63,080 bases of DNA, filler included, from Octopus bimaculoides (GCF_001194135.2; 6 parts of 5 records of this genome joined end to end with filler, not necessarily neighbours in it), one strand, 5' to 3'. Numbered from the whole stretch's first letter, positions 18,729-29,842 are shown. Translations and numbers: made by a program. The notes: a model not told the origin generated them from the letters alone.

Positions 18729-20530
18729 TGTTTAATACTGTAATTGTAATTTGGACCTTGAGTACTAGGCGGTAAAAAATATTACCCACTAGATTCCATC
18801 GAAGAAGAAAGAATTCGTTTTACTTACATAAGAGTTAAATAATTTGTCGACTTGAGACTGGATTGCAAATGGGACTGGTTTGTGAGGCCTAAATACAGGC
18901 TTTAATCAAGTTTTAGCGAGAAACTTGCTCTGTATAACTTGCAACGCCTCAATGAACCTTTGAAAGCGGGTGAATAGTTTTCCTTCAGTAAATAAGTTAA
19001 AGAGTGAGATGTTGCAACTTGGAATTAACTGTTCATAGAACCACTGGAAGTGTTTGAATTTAAGCAAATAGAGTTCAACGGTTTACTACCTAAGTCTAGT
19101 GTAGTGTTCCAATCTAAACCAAGTAAATCTAAATCATATCGATTTCTCAAAAAGCAAGTCCTGTTAAAAGTATTTGAATCAAAGTGTACTTTACACTCTG
19201 ATCATACCAATAAGTTTTAAACCTGATGCGTTCTTAGCAACATGTTCTGTCTCAACAATGTGGGTAACCAAGTTGCCTCCAAGTTTTGCGAGAAATCAAT
19301 GTGATATGTAATGCAATTTAACTGAAGGATCATTTATTGAAACAATTAATTACTTGTGGTGTTAAATCCATTTTAAAACTAGTATAAAGCGTATCAACTT
19401 GATTTCTTGATTTCTTGATTTGTAACAGACGAAAACTTGGGACGAGACATTTTGCTTACCTCCTCTGAAAGCCAACACTTTCCTTATGACCGAACTTATT
19501 GCATAATTGACAATGGTGTTGCTTGTGAGGGAAAAAAATTCCATAATGTCTTTCACTGCAAACCAACATAGCTGGAGAAGACCGGGATTTCTTTTCTATC
19601 AATAGGTAATAGCTTGGAATCAGTTTTTACTTGATTTACTGACTCTAAACTTGATAACTAGTCACTCGTTTCAATCAATTTCGTGCCGTGCTTCAAGTAT
19701 ATTGACTTTTGGTACTCTTCACTGGTTTGCTGTACAGTCATTTCTGGTCGTAGTATTAATTGTGATAACAGTTTACTAATGTCTGCATCCGATGGTGATT
19801 GTAGACCAGCAACGAAGATTAAATATTTAAACTGTTAAAGAATTTAAATTAAAACGTTCACATTTGTGAACTATTATACCTACATAGCAGACAAAATCAC
19901 CCTCCCCGGACTTGGGAATTTTAAAATTTAAAACAACCGCAGTGTCTTATCTTAAACAAAGATGAATTCGCACCAAAAATCTTCTGAAGCGTTTCAACTC
20001 TCTCATTGAAAGGGATGCTTCGAAGATTCTTCGGTAGTTTACAGCTGATGTAATTAGTGTGTTTATTAGTTCAAAGCATAGTTAATAGTAATCGTTAATA
20101 TTCCCGAACTCAACGCTAAAAGTATCTCAAAAATGTGCAAACCATGAATCAAAGGTAATATCAGCAACTGGAATTTGAAATTGTCTGAACTTTGTCACTG
20201 TTTGAATTGATAGTTAACTTTTCAGTTAGTCATTCAATAATTTTAAACTGTGTCACTTCAAATTGTTTTTGCTGACCTTGGAGAAGCGCTTCCATCTGCT
20301 CAAAAAAGAATAGCTATTTTATCATCCGATCCTCGTCGACATTGTTGTAACTATAACTGTAATCATAATTTGAGCCTTGAGTACCAGACGATAAAAATAT
20401 AACTCACTAGACACTAGACAAGAAACTCGAGCGAAAGCATACACATGGAAGGGAGACCGACTGCAAAGACGCGACTGGTTGAACGTCATATTCACATGCT
20501 AAAAATCTGTTAGTCGTCTTATCCCTAACA
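18729..20530 (-). mobile_element. Second, more decayed Ty3/Gypsy element: LTR, PBS, gag, protease, RT N-terminus; no RT core or integrase
   Basis: Hand translation (absent from the ORF track): ITFDSWF, LIFVAGLQSPSDADI, ITLISRKTWRQLGYP, HVAKNASG, LDLLGLDW, KPVFRPHKPVPFAI. PBS-like ATGTCGACGAGGAT right after …GTTACAACA at 20343. LTR remnant repeated at about 18730-18795 and 20355-20412. Confidence 0.85.
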
Positions 20531-21601
20531 ATATGTGTGTATGAGTGTGTGTATGTGCGTGCGTGCGTGCGCATGCGTGTGAAGGCGCGTAACCGAATGA
20601 TTATGGTGTAGCGCAAGCGATCATGCGGTCTTGGGTTTGATTACTGAACCGGTCGAGCATTTTGTCCTTGAGCTGTGTCCTTTATTTCATTTCTACGCTG
20701 GTCTAGGCAATGCACCTCAAAATAAGTACTATTCAAGTGCTGTTGCAGCTCTCACTCTTTCTAGTTGCCACGTTTTGATAATCAAGAATGTGATGGTTGT
20801 AAGAGTGGCTATATTTGCTCGTGACTAAAACAGTTAGCGAAAGCCTGGTTCATGCTACCAAATCATACATGCTTGAGAGTTTCAACTATGAGTTTCTTTT
20901 TATATGTATATTCGGCAAGTGGTACGTTATTTGACAGATAAAATGGCGTGTTATTTACTCTGTCGAGTCAAAAACTTTAGGTAGTCTTAAGTTTTAGACA
21001 AATAGAGTTTAATAAAATAAATACCAAAGTACCGGGTCTATCACATCAAATAGCTTCAAGAAAAATAACAACAAAAATTTTTAATATCCTTGTATTAAAA
21101 CCATTTATTTTACCACAAAGTTAAAATATTGTAAGTACAACAAAATATAATACGAAGGGATAATTTCACTGTGCACCATCCTTCCAATCCAGTTTTATGC
21201 TAAAAGAAATTTTTGACTCAACCAAAAAGTCAAGACAATTTTTTTCTTTGCAAGTGTGTATTTTGCACTATTAACTCAAAGCTACTCATACCAGAATCTA
21301 TGATGTCGATATACGTAAATATACTTCCATTACGTTTTGTTTTCTCTGTACACGATGTTATTATCATATAATTCGTAGCTCGCTCAGTAAACATTAAAAT
21401 AATATAACAAAATTACAAGTTTCGAAAATAACAAGTTCCTTTTGGTTTTTATGTTTTTGATATGTCGCTTAGTAATTATCGGTAAAATATTTGGATATTC
21501 TACCTTCAATATTTTGTGAAACATCAGCATCGATACTCAGACAAGTAAAATAATAAGACAATATAGAAACTGGACAGTATCTGAGTTATATAATTTTCTT
21601 G

Positions 21602-21644
<43 letters not shown>

Positions 21645-22410
21645 AAAACTATAATGCAAAGAAAGTATTCAGGGTTGATGTCAGCAAAACGGTCAATCAA
21701 ATTCGTAATATTTATATTAAGTCATTTAATGAGTTCTGCATACAATCAAGAGAAGAGAATTGTAACATTTTTGGAAGTGGCCTTCTCCTGAGAAATAAAA
21801 GAAAATGTGTGGAACGTGTATAAAATTATATTGTTACATCACAGACAGGGTTCTTTCTCGTGGGGTGGGTTTAGGAAATGAAGCACGTACCGTGCATCTA
21901 AATGTATAACTATTTAACACTTTTCCAAAGGAAGGCTCCACCTGTAATGTTAGAATCCGTTTTTTATTATATGACATGAATTTATTTAATATTAAGAATT
22001 TTAATGCTTATTTGGTAAATTGAATATATTACAATATAGAGTAATCAGGTGATTTAACGCATCATTTGTCAGATGAACGATTAAGTTAAATGAATGTTCT
22101 TGATGAAATCTAACTGATTTCGAGTTGGAACCAGTGAAACCTTAACCCTCGTGAGAGGCTTTGAATACAGCACAAGTTAATTAGATACTCATCGACTTTT
22201 ACAGTTCTGTAGTGCTTGCTGCACTAAACCATTTTACATTGCGGTATCTTCAGAAAACCATTGACATACTATGATGTCGGTGAGAAAATACCGACAATTT
22301 ACCAGTTTCACTTAGTTGCTTGACACCCTTGTAGATTCGCTAATTAAAATTCACAATAGTGCAATTTACAAAGCTGTATTTACAATTAACATGAATCATG
22401 TACTACTCAC

Positions 22411-22491
22411 CGTTGTAAGCAGTGGTACATTGTATATTCAACGAGTGTTTCCAGATACCCAAATATACTAAAGTCAGGTTCCTCCGCAGGC
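22411..22491 (-). other. Candidate 81-nt exon downstream of the membrane-protein stop
   Basis: Acceptor cgttgtttattccag| and donor ACG|GTGAGT; length divisible by 3; two frames open. Confidence 0.35.
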
Positions 22492-22942
22492 CTGGAATAA
22501 ACAACGCGGAGCTGTCCAAGTACTGGACCTCAAATATTTTGAGCAGTTTTGGTATTTGAGGTATATTCGATTAGCTTTGAGTGTTATATTTGATATGCAA
22601 CAGTCGATCACCCGTTGAAGTCAGCCTTCTCTTTGGTATTGACCGCTAGGTGAATGCCTTCCACAATGAGGTCTTTATGAACATGGGTTAACGTTAGAAC
22701 TAAAATTAAGAATATTGTAAACCCGTAATGTTAGTCTTTTCATAACATATATAAAGTTTAAAAGATTTGGCTTTTGCAGTGTCATTTCGTATTCTCTCAT
22801 TTCATTTTGAATTGTGGCACCATGGCCAGCAAAAGTAAATTCGGCAGCTGTTCATTGCTGATTGACAAGGACCCGCAGTGCTATCGTTTGAATTTGCTTC
22901 GTCTTTTGTTCTGTTTTCCTCTTTGAATAAAGCATTGTTTTT

Positions 22943-23250
22943 TCAAGCTGCTGCCAAGTAGTACTCTTCACCATTTTCTACTGTCTCCAAAGTCGGTTTC
23001 GATATAATGGCAATACTGATTGATGGTACTACTATAGGAACTGAGTTGGTATCGTGACTAGGTTCAGGTGGTGGCGAAGATGATTGTTTCTTGCGACGAT
23101 GGAACATGTAACATTTACAAAAAAGTACCAAAATGCTTAGCAATAAAAATCCTCCAATGGCACAAGAGAATTCTATTGTTTCTACATTCACTTTGGTGGT
23201 TACGTTTGGTGGTAGCCACCAACCATCGAATGGCATTTTATTATTCTCCG
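22943..23250 (-). CDS. Main/last coding exon of a small single-pass membrane protein (…AENNKMPFDGWWLPPNVTTKVNVETIEFSCAIGGFLLLSILVLFCKCYMFHRRKKQSSSPPPEPSHDTNSVPIVVPSISIAIISKPTLETVENGEEYYLAAA*)
   Basis: Non-repetitive open frame. Clean acceptor tttctattttacttgcag| (AG at 23252-23251, phase 1). Hydrophobic stretch FSCAIGGFLLLSILVLFCKCYMF followed by basic stop-transfer RRKK, NVT sequon N-terminal to it, TGA at 22945-22943. No family recognised. Confidence 0.8.
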
Positions 23251-23416
23251 CTGCAAGTAAAATAGAAACGGATATATTATAAGAGACATATTAGTGAGTT
23301 TGAATATAGAAACATGTCTTTGTATGTGTAGAAGTCTGTACGTATATCAAACATAACATACCTATACGCATGCACACTCACACATAAATCGAAAACATTA
23401 TACGAATACAGTTCTA

Positions 23417-23580
23417 TATTAAAGAGATGAGGAATTTTTTACATTATTTACATTTGACGGATACTTGTCTTCATCTTGTTTGCTGTTAACACAACGTTTC
23501 GGCTGATATACCCTCCAGCCTTCATCAGGTGTCTTGGAGAAATTTCGAACCTGGGTTCTCATTCCTAAGGTATTTTTCGA

Positions 23581-23651
<71 letters not shown>

Positions 23652-23766
23652 TCACTGCTTGGAATCGAACTCGGAATCTTGGGGTTAGTAGCCCACGCTC
23701 TTAACCACTACGCCATATGCCCAAACAAGATGAGGACAGATATCCGTCAAATGTAAATAATGTAAA
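23417..23766 (-). mobile_element. Composite short element: tRNA-like head + (AAT)n + Penelope-type hammerhead segment, bracketed by 44-bp inverted repeats
   Basis: Head 23722-23648 with A box TGGCGTAGTGG and B box GAGTTCGATTCC; (AAT)n about 23647-23580; hammerhead 23533-23488; inverted repeats 23438-23481 and 23723-23766 with a few mismatches. Confidence 0.7.
23488..23533 (-). ncRNA. Minimal type I hammerhead ribozyme motif (Penelope-type)
   Basis: GACAC-CTGATGA-A-GGCTG(gagggtatat)CAGCC-GAAAC-GTT-GTGTT: helix I GACAC/GTGTT, core CUGAUGA and GAAA, helix II GGCUG/CAGCC, palindromic ACGU helix III, GUU triplet. Confidence 0.8.
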
Positions 23767-23774
23767 TAATTATA

Positions 23775-23807
<33 letters not shown>

Positions 23808-25088
23808 NNNNNNNNNNNNNNNNNNNNNNNNNNNNNNNNNNNNNNNNNNNNNNNNNNNNNNNNNNNNNNNNNNNNNNNNNNNNNNNNNNNNNNNNNNNNN
23901 NNNNNNNNNNNNNNNNNNNNNNNNNNNNNNNNNNNNNNNNNNNNNNNNNNNNNNNNNNNNNNNNNNNNNNNNNNNNNNNNNNNNNNNNNNNNNNNNNNNN
24001 NNNNNNNNNNNNNNNNNNNNNNNNNNNNNNNNNNNNNNNNNNNNNNNNNNNNNNNNNNNNNNNNNNNNNNNNNNNNNNNNNNNNNNNNNNNNNNNNNNNN
24101 NNNNNNNNNNNNNNNNNNNNNNNNNNNNNNNNNNNNNNNNNNNNNNNNNNNNNNNNNNNNNNNNNNNNNNNNNNNNNNNNNNNNNNNNNNNNNNNNNNNN
24201 NNNNNNNNNNNNNNNNNNNNNNNNNNNNNNNNNNNNNNNNNNNNNNNNNNNNNNNNNNNNNNNNNNNNNNNNNNNNNNNNNNNNNNNNNNNNNNNNNNNN
24301 NNNNNNNNNNNNNNNNNNNNNNNNNNNNNNNNNNNNNNNNNNNNNNNNNNNNNNNNNNNNNNNNNNACAAGAATGCCTCACACTAAACTACCATAATAAG
24401 CACATTTTAACCGAACGCGAGGAAATGCAACTCTCAAAATTGGCCTCTTAAAAACAGACTGAACTATATATCGAATCGATTTCACAGTTATTACAACAAT
24501 ATGTAATTTCTGATCATCAGTATAGTATGGTCAAAATACATAAAAATAAACAAAAGATTCAACATACCAAAACGAACACCTCATGTATCCGGCATAGTAC
24601 ATAGAAGATTGTTTATCTCTATATATCTATGTAAAAGGCGGGGTTTTTTTGAATTGCATCTCGGAATACGTGTTTTTTCTTTCTTTCTTTTTTTCGGAAT
24701 AAAATTCAGCATAAAATAAATTGGATGGATAGAAACTATGCGAAAACCCATTTGATAGAGTGTGCCAGTAATTTAAAGCTATGGCCTTGTCACACTCAGT
24801 CACAACTGTCACACACTTGCACATAAGAGGATTATATCAAAAGTATACGTATTTTGGGAAAATTTACACAATAATTCGATAAGCAGGTCGTTGAAATTGA
24901 TCGAACAACAGGATACATATTGTCCAAATCAACGGAAATATATTAACAGCATGTGTATTTTTGTATCAGTAAACATACACACACACACACTCACACACAC
25001 ACAAGCAAACACACTCACTCACGCACGCGCGCCTGTGCATAGAAATAAGAGAACTCACGCAGATAAATATGACATCACAAATGAAACA

Positions 25089-25148
<60 letters not shown>

Positions 25149-25159
25149 ATGGATATTTG

Positions 25160-25740
25160 CATCGTGACGCGACAATTCAGCGCATAGACAATTCAGCGCA
25201 GGGCATCCATTTAAAAGAAATTGTTCACGTTTCTCTTCTGAAAAAATTCTCTCCATCGGGGTTAGTGTCCGACTAATTTAAAAATTTTACTGATGCACCG
25301 TCAATCTCAGTCTACTGAATCAAAATATTCAAAAAGCAATAAATACTAAACGGTGGATCAGTAAGATTGATCCACCGTTAGTCTCTGTCTACTGGCCCAA
25401 AAATGTTTAAAAAGCAATAAATACTAAGCTACTTTGAACTAGTAAGCTAATTAAATTTTCAGAGGAAATTCAAAAGGTGTAGTTGTCGTTTCGTACGGGA
25501 TGTGTATATATGTTTATATTTTTTGCTGATATTTGTTTCATGTATATGTATGCTTTTTGTTTATGTATTGTTAATCTATTCTATGGCCGCTGTGTTTGTA
25601 GGTTGCATGTGTATGTGTTTTAGGCATACAACCAACACCAATATAATGTAATAATAAATTACATATATCACATGTGCTGAATTGTCTATGAGCTGAATTA
25701 TCTAGCGCTAAATTATCGGCGCTGAATTGTCATTACTCTG
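25160..25740. mobile_element. Fold-back/MITE-like element with subterminal 13-mer repeats (GACAATTCAGCGC); family not determined
   Basis: Two copies at 25171 and 25187; four reverse-complement copies at about 25674, 25690, 25705, 25719; internal 12-bp hairpin 25349-25379 and 19-bp direct repeat (25331, 25409). Confidence 0.6.
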
Positions 25741-26414
25741 TTAGTATATGTGTGTGGTGTGTGATTGTGCTATAGAAACCAGTGTCTGGCCGTGCGGAGT
25801 AAGCAGCATTACATTACATAAACGAGTTCATATAATAGTTTCGGTTATATGTCCAAGCTAAGTTGATTCACATTCCGTTTTATTATCTGACTAGTTTTAA
25901 TCACTGCACTAAGGATCTTTAATTAATTTCGGCCCCAATAGCTAAGACTGATACTCAACTGAGAACACCTATTGAGTTATGATGTTCATTTAGATATGTA
26001 GACCCTGTTATGGAGAAATTACTGCAATTAATTAACGCCGGTGAACAGAATACATTAAGATACATACAATCATACATACATACATACATACGTGTGTGTG
26101 TGTGTGTGTGTGTGTGTTGCAAAATACATCAAAGAAGAAAACAAACCCAAAACATTCAAACAATACTTGTACAAATTTCTCTAAGAAATACCAGACAAAC
26201 CAACAATAACCGTGGCAAAGATCAGCTTTCTAATCAGGTGATTTATTGTGGCCCAAATCATGATTTTAAAGACTACCCCATGAGGTGCTATTATAGAAGG
26301 TATATAAGTATATAAGAAGTATAGAACGTATATGAGACTCACTTTTTTTCCAATAAAACGTCTCAAAAATATCACCCTGGCTTCTCTATGCAAAGTTGCT
26401 TTGAATATTGGTTT

Positions 26415-26610
26415 CACATTTTGGCACCAGCGCAGCAATTTTGGGGATGTGGTTAAGTCGAATACATCGATCCAAGTGCTTGTGATCGACCCCAGAGGGA
26501 TGAAATGCAAGATTGACTGTGGTGAAATTTGAACCCAGAAAGTGATGACAGACAAAGTGCCACTAAGCATTTTTCCCGGCGTGCTAACGGTTCTGCTAGT
26601 TCACCACCTG
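26415..26610 (-). mobile_element. SINE family B copy
   Basis: Same motifs, diverged. Confidence 0.75.
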
Positions 26611-26976
26611 GAGTTGCTTTGAATATTACAAGCTTTAATGGACTAAACACATTTTACCTGAATATGCGCTGCTGAAATTGAGAAGTGTCTAATACGCCCG
26701 TACGTCTTTCATGTTAGATATGGCCTGGACCTACCTAAGTTATAGATTGTGTTAAATCTCTCTTCATAGGGCAAACCATAAATTGACAAGTGTGTTGCTA
26801 CGAGTGTAGGATATATCTTACCTTCACCTCATTAACTCAATCGGGCAATATATTTTTAAAATCTGTAATATTTAAAGCTAACTGCCCTTATCTCTAATAG
26901 CTCCCTACGCCAATCAGTTGCCCAGACATTCTCCCTCCTACATTTTTGTTGATAAACAAGATTAAGTAGCACTCAC

Positions 26977-27162
26977 CATCCATCTTATGTATAATTTCTA
27001 ACAATCGCTTAAGATTATCAACTTTCTCTGATAAATACTGAACTGCAGTTATTTTGTTGTTGGTGAGGTTGTTGTGATTGTTGTTTTGTTTTTAACTTCT
27101 TACTCGCTTGTTTCTTGGTATATCTTTCTACCTTGTGATTTGTCTATTCAAACGCACAAGAT
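26977..27162 (-). CDS. Candidate penultimate exon: 5' UTR plus first 7 coding nt (ATG GAT G at 26983-26977)
   Basis: Very long polypyrimidine tract ending …ttatttttgttcttag| (AG 27164-27163) and donor ATG|GTGAGT. The only ATG in the exon is in strong context (aagATGG). Its phase-1 end matches the 23250 acceptor, giving MDAENNKMPFDGWW… (104 aa). Confidence 0.55.
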
Positions 27163-27651
27163 CTAAGAACAAAAATAAGGAAAAGGAAAAAAAATAAGAA
27201 AAGAAAAATAAATAAGAAAGAAGACCAAAATGTATATACATTTATAGAAAAATAAAGGTAAGCAGTCTGATCTGTATTGATAAGTACATTTTGATTTCAT
27301 CTACTATCTCATCTTAAAACGATTGGTGTCTTGGAAATAAAACCCTTCTCAATGTATGGTTATAAATGAGAAGAAAACGATGAACAAATTGAAATGATGC
27401 AAGTTTACAAATCAACAATAGACATGTATTTATCACATTATACTAAATCAAAAAACTTTATGCTTAGACACAGTCGACAGTTTTCGTAAGAGAAAATATC
27501 TACAATAAATAAGCATATATTAGTACAAGCATGGTCCCTGTCATTGAAGTGTTTGTTCTGCAAATGTCTTCTACGATAGTTTAAGATTAACTCAAGTCAG
27601 CTATACTCGTTCTCAAGAAAAAGTAAATAACGTGGTTGACGTTACACTCAC

Positions 27652-27715
27652 AAATAACAATGGCGCGATATTCTCTCATATTCAATAACACAGCAAGCAC
27701 ACTGCCCCACATTCG
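27652..27715 (-). other. Candidate 64-nt exon (probably 5' leader)
   Basis: Pyrimidine tract tatccttctattttttatggtctcctttttgctaataag| and donor TTT|GTGAGT; no transcript evidence. Confidence 0.35.
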
Positions 27716-27861
27716 CTTATTAGCAAAAAGGAGACCATAAAAAATAGAAGGATACTATGTAACCTGATATCTTATTGAAACCTTAAGGTGCCTTAAGGTG
27801 GTGCATTCTATGCATTGTCAACAGTTTTCGTATTTTTCTGTCAAGATTACATATTTCAGTA

Positions 27862-28260
27862 ATTGATTAGTTAATGATATTGAAACTGTAAGTCACGACT
27901 GGTATGGCTAAAGCATTGATTCCTTTGATCCTGTTTCTTGCATTCAGCTCTGAATTCAGTATTGCTCTCACCCTGCGATAACATTCTCTTCTGATCCTTT
28001 CGCTCATCACTGCATGTTTGATTCCGTCCCCTTCAATTACCCCTAGGTATTTGTAACTCTCCGCTGGTTCTAACTCTTTTATGACATTCTGCTGGTTGAG
28101 GTTAACGGTAGATGTTTCTGTCAATTTTCCTTTGATAAAGGTAGCTTTTGCAAATTTATCGAGGTCAAATTGCATCCTGATATCATCACTGAATTGTTTA
28201 ACAGTCGCTAGTAAGCCCTTGAGTTGTTGGTCATTTTTGCAAATAGCTTTAAATCATTCA
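27862..28260 (-). mobile_element. Non-LTR retrotransposon RT fragment (R2/R4/Dong-like)
   Basis: NDLKLFAKNDQQL (decayed MDDLKL) … ESYKYLGV … INALAIPVVTYSFNIIN; truncated at both ends. Confidence 0.85.
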
Positions 28261-28284
28261 TGTATGTATGTATGTATGTATGTA

Positions 28285-28672
28285 TTGTTGTTGGCACTCC
28301 GTCGCTTACGACGTCGAGGATTCCAGTTGATCCGATCAACGGAACAGCCTGCTCTTGAAGTTAACGTGCAAGTGGCTGAGCACTCCACAGACACGTGTAC
28401 CCTTAACGTAGTTCTCGGGGATATTCAGCGTGACACAGTGTGACAAGGCTGGCCCTTTGAAAAACAGGAACAACAGAAACAGGAAGAAAGAGTGAGAGAA
28501 AGTTGTGGTGAAAGAGTATAGAAGGGGTCGACGCCCACCCACCCTGCCGGAGCCTCGTGGAACTTTAGGTGTTTTCGCTCAATAAACACTCACAACGCCC
28601 GGTCTGGGAATCGAAACCGCGATCCTATGACCGCGAGTCTGCTGCCCTAACCACTGGGCCATTGCGCCTCCA
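28285..28672 (-). mobile_element. tRNA-derived SINE family C
   Basis: Head GGAGGCGCAATGGCCCAGTGGTTAGG…GGTTTCGATTCCC; 3' tail shared with 28727-28996; followed by (TACA)n. Confidence 0.85.
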
Positions 28673-28726
28673 CTATGTATGTATATACATACATACATAC
28701 ATACATACATACATACATACATACGT

Positions 28727-28996
28727 CAGTTACGACGACGAGGGTCTCAACTGGTACGATCAACGGAACAGCTTGCACGTGAAATTAACGTGCAAGTGGC
28801 TGGACACTCCACAGGCACGTGTACCCTTAACGTAGCTCTCAAGGAGATTCAGCGTGACACAGAGTGTGACAAGGCTGGCCCTTTGAAATACAGGTACTAC
28901 TTATTTTTGCCAGCTGAGTAGACTAGAGCAACGTGAAATAAAGTGTCTTGCTCAAGGACACAACGCTTCGCCGGGATTTGAACTCACAACCTTACG
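28727..28996 (-). mobile_element. SINE with family C tail but a different CORE-like body; head truncated
   Basis: B box GAGTTCAAATCCC, GTGTCCTTGAGCAAGACACTTT, then the same about 150-bp tail as 28285-28460. Confidence 0.8.
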
Positions 28997-29386
28997 AAGG
29001 CACGTGGCTTAGCGGTTAGGTTATTAAGTAGCTTGCTTACCAGCCACATGGTTCCGGGTTCCGTCCCACTGCGTAGCACCTTGGGCAAATGTCTTCTACT
29101 ATAGCCTCGGGCCTACCAAAGCCTTGTGAGTGGATTTGGTAGACGGAAACTGAAAGAAGCCCATCGTATATATGTATATATATATATATATGCATGTGTA
29201 TATGTTTGTGTCTGTGTTTGTCCCCCAACATCGCTTGACAACCGATGCTGGTGTGTTTACGTCCCCGTAAACTTGCGGTTCGGCAAAATAGATCGATAGA
29301 ATAAGTACTAGGCTTCCAAAGAATAAGTCCTGGGGTCGATTTGCTCGACTAAAGGCGGTGCTCCAGCATGGCCGCAGTCAAATGAC
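28997..29386 (+). mobile_element. SINE family A copy
   Basis: Same head, core and tail as 9808-10298; ends at a gap. Confidence 0.9.
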
Positions 29387-29396
29387 NNNNNNNNNN

Positions 29397-29630
29397 CACA
29401 TTGAATATCAAAAAAATAAAGGCTTTTTTTAATGAAAAGTAGCGATAAATAAATACAATTAGATGAACTGAGGTAGAATTAAGAGGAATTAAATTCATTA
29501 TTTTGAATCTCTTTCACAATTCAAAATAATGAATTTAATTCCTCTTAAATCTACCTCAGTTCATCTAATTGTATTTATTTATCGCTACTTTTCATTAAAA
29601 AAAGCCTTTATTTTTTTGATATTCAATGTG
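29397..29630. repeat. Near-perfect palindrome: 112-bp arms, 10-nt spacer, one mismatch
   Basis: Left arm 29397-29508 is the reverse complement of 29519-29630 except GAATT versus AAATC at one position; the left arm starts directly after a 10-N gap. Confidence 0.9.
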
Positions 29631-29842
29631 CATTTTCGCTTTTTTTCTTCTTACTTTCCCCATATCTTTTCCACGTGTAGTTTCTATTTTCTTTCTGAAA
29701 CATATTTCTATTGTATATATATAAAAGATAATATATATATTGTTTTATTATTACCAATACACTTTGAATATTCAACATAACTAATCCTTGAAAGTTTGCA
29801 TAAAATGTTTTAAAATGTAGCTGGAGATTTTAGAAAACTCAC

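Noticed and set aside
23648-23722. tRNA-like sequences here and at about 28600-28672
   Set aside because: Acceptor stems are not closed and they run into repeat bodies; SINE heads, not tRNA genes.
23529-23756. Poly-Leu, poly-Ile and poly-Tyr ORFs here and at 36517-36958
   Set aside because: Products of (ATT)n/(AAT)n repeats, not membrane proteins.
24505-24530. CTGATGA-TCA-GAAA on the minus strand
   Set aside because: No room for helix II and no helix I; chance match to the hammerhead core.
26658-26671. 14-nt micro-exon-like segment (ttctcaatttcag|CAGCGCATATTCAG|gtaaaa, minus)
   Set aside because: It would frameshift the 26977-23250 join; it fits only a cherry-picked alternative chain using a weaker donor at 27131.
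28081-28921. Plus-strand ORFs with shared peptide (RRRGxQLxRSTEQ…VQVA)
   Set aside because: Antisense translations of the shared SINE tail and the LINE fragment.
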